From: Octopus vulgaris
Taxonomy: Eukaryota
Length of the DNA: 64,000 nucleotides
Assembly: GCA_951406725.2 (NCBI GenBank)
Contig: OX597839.1
Coordinates: forward strand, 30,008,001 to 30,072,000
Reading direction: 5' to 3'
In this document: positions 12,807 to 24,492 of the stretch, piece by piece
Numbering within the stretch: position 1 is the stretch's first letter
How the letters are laid out: every line of letters starts with the position of its first letter
Program-made: the position numbers and the translations under genes
The notes under the pieces: generated by a model
The model's input: the letters and a program-made list of their open reading frames with translations, nothing else
The model's database searches: none
What the model was told of the DNA's origin: nothing

Positions 12807-13744
12807 CTGAAAAGACAGGCCATAGGATCATTAGTCGTTATCATGCACCAGTTAAAAATTGGGGAATAAAATAGTTTCAGGTTTTTCTGGGTTTTTTTTT
12901 CATAATCAACTCCCTTTCAAGCAGCTGCCTAAACCACAATTATTTTGAAGTATTTTTCTCCGTCACCACAGAGTTTACCTCTCGTGCTGGTGTTTAACAG
13001 TTGGGAACCCTGCTGTTGCTCTTACAATTGGAGAGAGAGAAAACATTTCACCTGTCTCATTTGTTACACCTCTGTAACACACTGTCTGTACTTGACAACT
13101 ATAAAGCCATGAACTCAACCATACTCACTGCCCTAAACATCAAAAAGTGACAACCACATACATCTTGATTCAACTGCTTTCATAAAGACATTAACATTTC
13201 CCATAATTTTGCTACAGGCAGATAAATATATACATAGGAGGTTGTCTTGATTCATAATATGCAGGTTTAGTGTTCTTTACCCACATTTTGTTTCAGTTTT
13301 ATAACCCTTTCAATGCCCATTATAGTCAGTTTGCGTAATGATAAATAAGCGACATACATTTACATTTCAAACACACCCAACTCCAATAATTCTTTGTCTT
13401 TTAAAATTACTAAGCAACAACTATGAAAACTCTATTTTCTACTTTCATCCTACAATATGGTTCAAAACTTTCTCAACAGATTGAAAATGAACTATCAAAA
13501 CTGTTTGAAGCTGATATTACAAGATTTCAGATTGGAAGTCCTTAGTTTCATCCAGACATTCCACTGTCAATGTCTAATTACATCTATTATGTAACATTGT
13601 TTAATTTAATGGACGTCAGTGAATTAGCATCACTGCCTTCAATGTTGAAGACAGTTACTCAACTCGTGGTCACTCTGCATGCACTCCCTCAAACTCTTCC
13701 TTGAAGACTGAAAATGGTTCTTCTTACAGATATCACATATCTTC

Positions 13745-14040
13745 CCAATAGCAGGACACTTCCCCACACTATGGATCATGGTATTGATCAGACAATCAGA
13801 TGTTGTTATACATCAAGTGTCACAAGGCACTTCCTTGCATTGTTCTTGTTTTCGAACGATGCCACCTTCTTGCTGGCTAGGCAAACAAGCTAACATTTCC
13901 CCTGGCTATTCCATCACAGAGTGGACTGGAACAACATGAAATGAAGTGTTTTGCTTCAGAACTTCCAGCCCAGGAATCGAACTCTTGATCTAGAAATCAT
14001 GAGTGCTATACACTGACTAAAAGACCACATGCTTTCACAC
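13745..14040 (-). mobile_element. Old tRNA-derived SINE
   Basis: Reverse strand has a B-box-like GAGTTCGATTCC head and a cacttcatttcatgtt core. Related copies at ~27370-27570 (-), 49165-49450 (+) and 60440-60745 (-). Confidence 0.5.
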
Positions 14041-16037
14041 ATTGTGGATAGAACCACAAATTTTACATGTAATCTTTTTCTGACAAATTCTTCTAGCATA
14101 TTATTAGTAGGTGTCAAATTAAAATCAATTGTTTCAAACTGCCAAATATGGCTAAGATAGCCTGGCAACAGCATTTCATGTCCTGAAGCTCCATCTGTTC
14201 AAATATTTCAGAATTATGTGCAGAATTTAACAGTCCATCAATTAGTTACATTTGTAGGTCATTTTTAGCAGAATATCCTTCTGCCTCCGACTTATCAATT
14301 TCACAAAAACATGCAGCTCCACTCATAATAACAATGTATCTGGTTCAGATTCAAAAAACCTGTCCTCTCAACAAGGATATTATAGTCTTTTGTGTGTGTT
14401 TCTGTGAAGTTCATCTCCTCCAGTACTTTACACTATCACAGAGGTTACTTTGGAACTCTGATTTAGCTATCAGTGTCAGTTCAATTTGCAACTTGCAGAA
14501 TTATTTGAAGGTTGAATTCGTCTTTTATCCTTTCAGGGTCCATAAAATAAGTACCAGTTGAGCACTGGGGTCAATGTAACTGAACAGACTTAACCCCAAA
14601 ATTGTTGGCCTTGTGCCAATTTGAAGCCAATATTCTCAACTCTTACTTAATTATTTCTTTAATATTAGCAGGATACTTGACTTTCTTTAACCCAGGCTTC
14701 AGTGAAATTAGGATCAGACAGTGATTCTCCAAATCCCATCAACAGTGCCACTGTTATGACATCAATCAGTGAAAGTCATTCAGGCTGAGTCATATATCAT
14801 CATGGAAAACACATGCAACACGACTGTTGTAAAACAATGATGTAACAGTTACAACATAAACTCATAAGAAGCGAGAGTTCAGTACCTTGTCCATTAGACA
14901 ACTATACCAATCATCACTAGAAATGTAAAAATTTATTAACTAGGCAGAACAGATTAGGTTTGTGTGTGTGCGCAATGTTCATGCTTATATTATGAAGAAA
15001 ACAGAAGACAACAAAACAGTCTTGATATAAATCTCCCATTCTTGACTACAGAGCAGATTTGAACTTGAAAAGTCACACAGGGCTGCTATGCTTTCTGTCA
15101 ACACCAACAAAGAGCAAAATTCAGGGGGTTTTTTTTTAAATATTTTTTTCCTTCATTCATTCATGATTGAATTATTAAATACATTTCTTGACAATCTTTT
15201 TCAACAAAACTATTCTGAAGGCCTTGAAAGATTTCACTTCTTGATACACCCTCAGCCCACAGAGAACAGACGATCTCTATAAGATACTTTTCATGAGAGA
15301 GAGCAAAAGGTCAACTTAACATTTCAAGGTTAAACATATACCATAGTCACTCATGGGATAAAAACAATAGCTAATAAGTGCTGAGCTCTAATTGTGGAAA
15401 GTAGCTGTGGAAGGGATAGACCTAAGAAGACATGGGACGAAGTGGTGAAAAAGGAAATGTCAAGGGACTGGGAGATGTGGTGATTTGCTGTACTTGATAA
15501 AACACGTCAAACTAAGTAGAATCATTGTCTTCTTTTCAGGTATTGATACCACATAAAAAGTACCCATGCTGGGGCTGCATAGAAACGCCTGTGCCAGAGG
15601 CACATAAAAAACACCCAGCACACTGTTAAGTGGTTGGCATTAGGAAGGGCATCCAGCTGTAGAAACCATGCCACAATAGACCATTGGAGTCTGGACAGCT
15701 CCCTGCTAGCCACCTCCATGTCAGCATGGAAAGTGAATGTTAAACAATGATGATGCACATGATTAATGTCTCACCCCATGCATGTGCGTGTGTATTGTTA
15801 ACCGTTTCTGTGATGGCATCCAGTCAGAGAGGTCCCAACTGTCCGAGTCATTTATCTTACTAATTACAACTGGATACTCTTCTTATTGCCAACCACTTTA
15901 CAGAGTGTATTGGGTGTGTTTTCTCATGACACCAACACAAAAGAGGTTAAATAATGCAACCTCAGGACTTTATGCAATCTCTGATCGTTTGCAAAGCTCA
16001 CATCTAGCATACAGCTACATATGTCTCTACCATAGCC

Positions 16038-16072
<35 letters not shown>

Positions 16073-16074
16073 CC

Positions 16075-16326
16075 TGGCGCCCGTGCCGGTGGCACATAAA
16101 AAGCACCATCCGATCGTGGCTGTTTGCCAGACTCGTCTGGCACGTAAAAAGCACCCACTACACTCGTGGAGTGGTTGGCGTTTAGGAAGGGCATCCAGCC
16201 GTAGAAACATTGCCAGATCAAACTGGGCCTGGTGCAGCCTTCTGGCTTCCTAGACCCCAGTTGAACCGTCCAACCCATGCTAGCATGGAAAGCGGACGCT
16301 AAACAATGATGATGATGATGATGATG
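16075..16326 (+). mobile_element. 5'-truncated RTE tail copy in a (TA)n microsatellite
   Basis: Same tail consensus, ending (GAT)n, flanked by (TA)n on both sides. Confidence 0.75.
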
Positions 16327-16374
16327 ATATATATATATTTATATATATATATATATGTGTGTGCCTTTAACAGG

Positions 16375-17511
16375 GCAAACCAGAATTTTTTCAAAAGGGA
16401 TCTGTGAGCTGGGTTCAATCAAAGATGATTGAACCCAACTTGTGAAATCCTGTTTAAAACAATTCAGGCATGCACTGTTGCGTTCACTTCTTTACCTACA
16501 CTTTCATTTTGTATCATGAAATCTTTGTCTTCAAAGACTGTCCTTCATTGGGCCAAACAGATTGAAGTTGAAAGGTTCCAGATCTGGACTGTATGGCAGA
16601 TGGTGGACCAGGGCCTGCCTACTCCACTTTGCTAAGTGCTCAATTTGTTGCCACAGCTGTGTGCTTTTGCATGGGGATCGTTTTCAGATTCTTTTTTCAG
16701 ATTCGTTTTCAGATTCTTTTTTCATCCTAATGGTTTCCCTGTGTTTTTTGATTGTCTCAATGTATTGCTCACTATTCATGGCAGTTAAATTCCAGAAAAT
16801 CCAAGAGAATGACACCGTTACCATCCCAAAAAGCAGTGACTGTAGTGTTCTTTGCTGATCACTGGCTCTTGAACTTCTTAGGCCTTGGAGAGGAAGTGTA
16901 ACATCCATTTCGCAGAAAGCCTTCATTTCTGGATCATAAAAATGTAGCCACATATCATGTGTTATCACCAGATAACAAAAAATGCTATCTTCATTGGTCT
17001 GGGAAGCTTCCAGTAGACCAGAGCAAGCTTCCATACTTGTTGTCTCCTTCAAATTAAGTGTTAACTGCTGAAGCACCCACAATTCTTCTAAGCACAGTCC
17101 AGTTGTGCAACAAACTCACATTCTGAAACTTAGTTTGTCCCCAACTATTGATTTGTTCACTCACTGGTGAGTCATATCGGTGCTTACAATTGATTAGTTT
17201 ATCTTCAATGCTGGTTCCCCTTCTTTAAACTTCATCCATCTGAGCACAAAGTCATTGTTAATGGTGCCATCTCCGTACACAAACAACAGTCTTCTGTGGA
17301 TGTCAGACAGCCTGTGACCTTCCTTCATCAAGAACCCAGTGATGACACTGTGTTTTTGTTTGGAACCCATTATGCCTGAAATGAAGAAGAACAGGAAGAA
17401 GGGTTACAAAAGAGGATGAGTTACTCTCTGCCAACATGTGCAATTTGAATGACTTCAGTCGGTTCATAAAAAGATTATGCTCACTTTTGCAATACTTTCA
17501 GTATACCCCTT
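16375..17511 (-). mobile_element. Decayed mariner transposon
   Basis: WVLQQLT (WVPxxLT-like) and VITHDMWLHFYDPE (GDEKW-like) motifs; terminus TA-AGGGGTATACTGAAAG. Confidence 0.7.
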
Positions 17512-19366
17512 ATATGTTAAAGCATCAACAACAGTTCCTTCTAAGCTGTATACATGCGACACACACCAACAATATACCAGTAAGGGTAATTACAACACCC
17601 TAACAAAGAGAGCAATTTTTGTTCTTGTAGCATTAACAATGCCATATAGCAGTGTGTGTGTTTTTATTTCACTTCACAAAACTGTTTAACCATAGAGTGC
17701 AATATGAAAATCATATTAATATTTGAGTTACATTTTAGAGTTGAAAAAACTGTTAAAACTGACATTAAGAACATGTACAACAACTTAAAATATTTGTTAA
17801 TACCAACGACAAAAAGTGCTTTTTGTGTACAGAAATCAAAAGTAGTGACTTAGATGAAATGATGTAGAATTCATGGAAGAGAGACACTCAAAAGACATCT
17901 CAATCAATCAACAAAATTAAGTAGACTTATTATGCACTGCTTACAATTTTCATGAATTCTTCAAGAGCCCAGGGTCATATGGCAGAATACTTTCATGTCA
18001 CGGATCATTAATTCAGCAAAGATTTAATATTTTGAATGTTTTGCAAAAGGTGATAAATATTTGCAATACTTCTTATAATTGCAAACAAAAGTACTCTTTT
18101 AGTTAAAAAAAAAAAATGGTTAATGTTATATATCAAATTTGATTCCACTCAAAACAAGTTATGAAATGCCTGCTGGAATAAATTATCATCAGCAAGCAAT
18201 AGTAAAGCAATTTTTACATAAATGGTTTAAGAATTATATTCTTAACCTATTGGATCTGCAACAGCATTGCTGCAGAAAGGAATTTCATATTCCTCAGACT
18301 AACATCACATTACTCACCAGGCAAATCTATGCAATAACAAAACCTGATAAAGCACTGCTTCTGATGAAAGATACAAAAATACTTCCTTGATTTGTATAGA
18401 GAATAATTTTCAGATGATCAGAAAGGAAGCCTGATCTGAGAAAATTACTGAAATCACAAAATATGTGACGTGCAGACCATTTAGGATACCTTTTTGTGAA
18501 AGAATTAATTAAACATTATAAAATACTACTAGTTCAATATTTCTAAAGATAAATATTATTTGAAGAGTTTACAAAATTGTTTTTTCTAGTAGAAGAAATG
18601 TTTTGGATAAATTTTTTAAAATTTGTTGAGATTTTACAGAGTTTTATTATATAACTACATGTTTCTAATTTGCTATGAGGTTGTAACGATACCATTGTGA
18701 AGATGGTAAACTGAAACAGAAAGATAAACTTCAAATATTAATATTACAACAATGAAAAGCAACCCAACAAAGGAGGTGACTCTACACTCAACTTGCGAAA
18801 AATAGTAGCCAAATTACCTCTACATTACAGCCTACTGTCTTGGGGAAAAGGGAGATACAATGTCCCTAATATGCAATGGCAAGAGGATGGTCATAGTTTG
18901 ACCACCCTATGGCACAAGTTTGCTTAGTCAGGACTGACATGAAACTAAGCAATAATAATGAAGGAATCTGAGATCAAATGTATCAAGTACACAACCTGAA
19001 ATTCTTGTGCACAAGAAGATTTCTAATTGAATTTCTGCTGATAAGGAAAACTCATCAGAAACAAAAGCAGAGTCAAATAGCAAAATTGGCAGACTGAAAA
19101 TATTCTGGAAATATGCTGCAACTTGGTCATTCTCAATTATCCAAAGTTGAAATTTACAATTTATGAAATCTCTAAGCCACATTTTATTATTTGATGAAGA
19201 ATAAATTAGAGGCTTATTTGTATAAAAAGTCTGTGCGTTAATTTTTTATCTAGCTGCTGCAGTTTAACCTTTTCCTTACCAAAATCATACATGGTCATCT
19301 GTTATCAAACCATCCATCAGAATTTACTGGTTTAAATCAAAATACCAACATAAATTGTTAATTTAC

Positions 19367-19453
19367 CTGTGTTGGTATTTTAACCCTATTGTGCCATATT
19401 CCTGATAAAACAGAAACGGCCAACACAAAATCCCTACCAGATTCCCATTGAAG
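19367..19453 (-). CDS. Candidate alternative (cassette) exon of the GIGYF gene, unverified
   Basis: Strong acceptor (tatctttttctatgtgttgttcattacag), donor CAG|gtaaat, 87 nt with no stop, phase 0/0 matching the flanking exons. No recognised homology. Confidence 0.25.
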
Positions 19454-20619
19454 CTGTAATGAACAACACATAGAAAAAGATAAAATACTCAAAATAGACA
19501 ACCAATCATGTTGCAGTTTTGTAGTCAAGTGTGTTCATGATTCATAGTTAATGGTGTCCCCATATAACTGTCTTATTTTTTTAAATATAATTTTTAATAG
19601 AAGGAAAAGGTTGGGGGGGGGGAAGCACTGAAACAAGCATGTAACAAACTTAGCACTTCAACTGGTAAACAAGCAAAGGCCTACACTCTTTACAGTTGAT
19701 GAAATTACTGATGGTGTTTATTCTTCAGATGAAAAGTTTACACTTATGCAGACAATGAAAGTGATTCAATCAGACTGGTGAAAGTTGAGGAAAGTAGCAA
19801 TTTGGGTTAACAAATACAATAGCTGAGAGACAGGCTTATTAATGTGGTATTCCTGAATTTTTTTTTTTTTTGTGATTCTGTCCATTAGTTTGTCTGTAAT
19901 GAACAAATATGTAGTTGAGAGATATTATTGTTATTCTCCTGAATGTTTTTGCGATTAGTTTGTCGGTAATCATTACTTGAGTTGCATATGCAAGTAGTTA
20001 TTTTTTTGCTCAGGAGCCCAGATGGAGGGTAAAGTTAGACACAGGGGACCAGGGTTGAGAGGGTAAATAACTTAATATATAATTTCACTAAATAAATGCC
20101 AGTTGTACACAATCTGACGTTGATAAGGGGTTCATTTTATCTCTTTGGAATTTGGCTGTTTTGAAATAAAAACCATTGCTTTCTTTATGAACTTTGAATG
20201 TTTCAATTTACAATAATATTTAAAACACATCAGTAAAAGTGGTGATTTCCAGAAAGAAGACTGATAACTTTATAAATATTTATTTTCCAAAAATTTCAGG
20301 AAACTTGGACCCAATAAGTCATTCTGAAAATCAATTGGCTATCTACTTTTGTTTATTCCAATTCAGTGATGGAGACTTATTCCTATGCAAAATGTAAACT
20401 AAAGAAAAAACAGTGAACTTCATAAATCAGGATATTTCTGCATTTACCATTAATATGTAATTTCAGAAGCTATAAAAAATAATTTGCTTAGCACATTTTG
20501 TCTGGACCAAAACCACACATCATCTCCAAACACTCTTGTTTCCTGTGACTTTAGAGATTTTCTATTTGTAACTTGACATCACAAGACAGCTAATCAATAT
20601 ACATGATTCTAGGTTGAGA

Positions 20620-21300
20620 CTCCCCATGGCTCAGAATGAGCTCATTCATTAATTCATCTTTGCTTCAGTAGCAGTGACCGGTATATCTTGTGCTCTACTC
20701 TTGGGGATATTTCCAGAATCCTCTTCTTTTGTCAGATATCATTTCCACAACTTGTCAAGAACAGTATACAACATACATGTATAAGTCCCATCAAGCTTGC
20801 TTTCTACCATTTTTGTCTGAGTCCATGTAAACAGTAAAGAGAAACTGATTCAACCATGGCTCTGAAGAATTCCCTTTCCATTCAGTCAGGCAGTGTAGAC
20901 TTCCAAATTGTTTCTAATTCATTCCATGCTTTTGCTATGTAGATTAATACATGTTTTCAATACATATCACTTCTGAGATAAGTAAATCATTCGTCTTTCT
21001 TCAGAGGTATTCTGCTCAATGAGGTGACCTGGCCACACTGGTTAAACTATATGCATTCAGTCTTCAAATATTCACATCAAGGCCAATCCTGGAAGCTGCC
21101 TCTTCTACTGCATGCAGAAGTTTTTCAACATCTGTTACCTTGTCAGCAAATAGTGCAAGGTTCTGTGCAAAATCAGCATCAGCGATTTCCCTGGCTGGAT
21201 ATCTTGTTTCTTGCTTTCTATAGAATAAAACCAATGTTACTGTGAAAATCAATGGACATACACAGAACAGAGTCCAGTATTATGATGAATATGTTTATCA
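20620..21300 (-). mobile_element. Old RTE-like LINE RT fragment
   Basis: DADFAQNLALFADKVTDVEKLLHAVEEAASRIGLDVN (degenerate FADD region). Confidence 0.55.
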
Positions 21301-22680
21301 TCAAATAAAATAATACTGGCTCATTTTATGTGGTAATACTTATACAAACTTTAAATAACTTTACATTTCATTGATTTTAATCTGCACCATCCGATAATTA
21401 GAATAATTTTGAAACAAAAATTCTGCAACAGATTTGCCTAAGAATCCTTTGAAGTAAAAGTAAGAAATAAAGTAGCTCAAAGGTTAAAGTTGATCTTAAC
21501 TTTGTTTATTCCTTCTGAAATAAATAGAGTTACGGTCAGCTGAAAAATAAGTTAATGATAATTCATGCTGACAGTGAAAATAGAGTCAGGGATGATTATT
21601 ATTTAAACATTGTAATTAAATTCATGTTTTTTTTTTTGTTTGTTTTTTAAAGTTGCTTCTTTACATTTCTTTTGATATGTTCGAGTCTTGACCACTTGAA
21701 ATCTTGTTTGAGTTTTCCATTACAAAGACTGAGCCTTAATTTCAGGGTCATAGATTCACTATTTGTCATCTTATGGCCATATCTGAAAAGTTTCTTTCTT
21801 CCTCAACACAATCAAAGAGATCCTGCACAGCTGAATCTTGATCTTTCTGAGACAATCACATTCTACACACTGGACTTCCAAGCACCGCTATGAACAATGC
21901 AAGTGAATGAGAATGGTGTAACTTAGTGTGAATTTGCAACATATGTAAATTAATATCTTTTATAGTAATTTGGAATTTTATACCATTTTTGTTTTGTAAA
22001 TTGTCTCCTTGTAGAAAATACTTAACCAAAAAAATCAACTGTCCGTGTGTCACTTGTAATGTGATGTAGGCATAAGCAAGAAACTTCTTGCTAATACAGA
22101 GTACATAACAATAAATACCTAAATCATTTGGCCAAGCATCACAATATAAACTCTTAATTTTGAATGAATGTCACCAAAATGATGAACACAATCATTTTGG
22201 CTTTCAGTTACATTATTCAACACTGATGCATGTGTGTGTAATATCTGACGACAAGCAATATCTTGAGGAAACTTCATTAAACAATGTATAAACTCAAACT
22301 TAAAGTAAACTCAAAGCTTGCAACCAAGTTTTAACAAGTTTTAATTCATTCATGTTGCCAAATGTCCTTTAGGAAGGCAAAAAATAAACATAACAGTTTC
22401 TATTTCTCCTCTTCTACAACTCACAGAATTTCAATATGTAAATTTGACTGTAGATAAAATAGAAGCAGTCCCCCCTCTTTTTTTTTATACAAATATGCAA
22501 AAATAGGTCTTCAGTGGTAGGTACCCCAATGCTACAATTTACAGATTGCTACCAACAGTGTAACAACAAAATAACTATATGGTGCCTGTTGCTACAGGTG
22601 ACAAGTATTTAAACAATAAGGACAACACCCCAGAAAATATAGCTAAATCAGAAACAAACAAAATAATCTTAATAACTCAC

Positions 22681-22891
22681 CTGTTCCTCTTCCGTAGGAG
22701 GTATATAAGCCAAAGGATCTTGAGGTTTGTCAACCAAAATAAAAGAAAAAAGTTTTAAGTCTTCAGGTATTTTGCTTGAAGGCACAAACAGTGCCAACAT
22801 TTCTTCTCGACCATAACGGTAATCAGCTAGCTTAAATTTCCCCAAACCTGGAGAGGAAGGTGGGGTGCCCATGCTGCTTGCTTTCTGCAGC
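22681..22891 (-). CDS. GIGYF2: GIGYF1/2-family coding exon carrying the 4EHP (eIF4E2)-binding motif
   Basis: ttttttcag|G CTG CAG...GAA CAG|gtgagt, 211 nt. Encodes (W)LQKASSMGTPPSSPGLGKFKLADYRYGREEMLALFVPSSKIPEDLKLFSFILVDKPQDPLAYIPPTEEEQ; KLADYRYGREEMLAL is the hallmark GIGYF motif. Confidence 0.95.
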
Positions 22892-23069
22892 CTGAAAAAA
22901 GAAATCAAGTTTAACATTAAAACAAGGTACTAAAACAAAGTAAGCCAAAAAATTATATCAACTATTAAGATTTCAAATGATATCACAGTAATTACAGGCC
23001 ATCCCTACTTTCATTCTTTCGTTTAGGCAAAAATAAATCATCTATCTATATAATACTAAAACTATGTGA

Positions 23070-24030
23070 TAGCTTGCTTGCATGCTTGTCAGTAATTTAA
23101 TACAGCCAAACCAGCACACAATGGAAAAATACTCTGAAAGTGAGGTAGCCCTGAAATGTGAAAACAAAGAGGATAAAACAAGTTTCACGTAAATTGGACC
23201 ACGAGTCCCTGGGATATGCAATTTTTCAGCTACCTTTATGATTGCATGCTTGCTTGCGTGCGTGCGTGCTTGTCTGTAATTTAATAAAGCCAAACAAGCA
23301 CATAATCGGAAAATACTTTGAAAGTAGGGTACCACTGAAATGTGGGATCTTTACGTCTTGACCGACAGATTTTAAAATAGTTTTTTGTAACTAAACACTT
23401 TCAGACTTCGGACACTGGTAGAATGTCTCATATTAAATATCTTTTACTCTTAGCATTTTTGAGAAAAACTTATATTTACGAAGTTATTTCACATTAAAGT
23501 TGTTGTATTTCGGTAATTTCAGCCAATCAATGACATGTATTCAGCTGAATAAAGTTACCACCTTTGTTTGTCAACAACTATCAGTGGTGTATTTTTCGTT
23601 TGTCACTGTTATGACATCGTTCATGCATTTGTACTGGTTTTAGCTTTAAGGTTTTAGGGTTAGGGTTGTCATAAATAACAGTGACAAACGAAATATACAC
23701 CACCGGAAATTCTTGTTGACAAACAACAGCACTAATTTTATTCAGTTGAATACACGTCATTGATTGGTTGAAATTACCGAAATAGGACAACTTTAACGTG
23801 AAATAACTTTGTAAATATAAGTTTTTCTCAAAAATGCTAAGAGTAAAAGATGTTTTATATGACACATTCTACCAGTGTCCGAAGTTTGAAAGTGTTTAGT
23901 TACAAAAAATTATTTTTTACATCTGTCAGTCAAAAGGTAAAGATCCGAAATGTGAATACAAACGGAATAAAACAATTTTAACGTAAATCAGACCACAGGT
24001 TCCCAAGATACATGGTTTTTTTCAGGCACC
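23070..24030. repeat. Diverged ~190-bp tandem duplication; second unit interrupted by the MITE
   Basis: Two units gcttgtc.gtaatttaata.agccaaac...gaaatgtgaa...cgtaaat..gaccac...tttcag at ~23070-23235 and ~23245-24030. Confidence 0.75.
23345..23946. mobile_element. 602-bp foldback MITE with 8-bp TSD
   Basis: TSD GAAATGTG (23337-23344 and 23947-23954); termini GGATCTTTAC...GTAAAGATCC; arms complementary for ~270 bp; central TTTAGGGTTAGGG. Confidence 0.9.
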
Positions 24031-24492
24031 TTGAACTGTTGGTGACCCAACAGATCACAGGAAGTATTTCTTAAAATATAAACATACAAACTTTATGACA
24101 TGTCATAATTCTAAAGCAAATCAAATTTTGCAGATCAAAATTAGATCAGTTTTTGTTTTCTATACCCATGACAGAAAAACTAATAAAACTTAGCTCATAT
24201 GGAATCATTTAAAGGAAAAATAAGAAATAAAATTTATAATGAATGGAGAAAATTCAAAACAAATCACAAAATAGATATTTATTTAGATTGAACAACAGTT
24301 ACAGCAAACTGAAATTCAGTATTCTCAATTATTTTCTCTACTTGGGTTGAAATAGCAATATAAACACATCAGTTCCACAGAATAAGAATCCTGAATATTA
24401 AAATGTACAGGAAAGATTTTAAAATCCATACATAATGCCTAAAATTTGTCAAAGGCTGTCACAGATCACATTGCTATCGACTTTTTCCTTTA

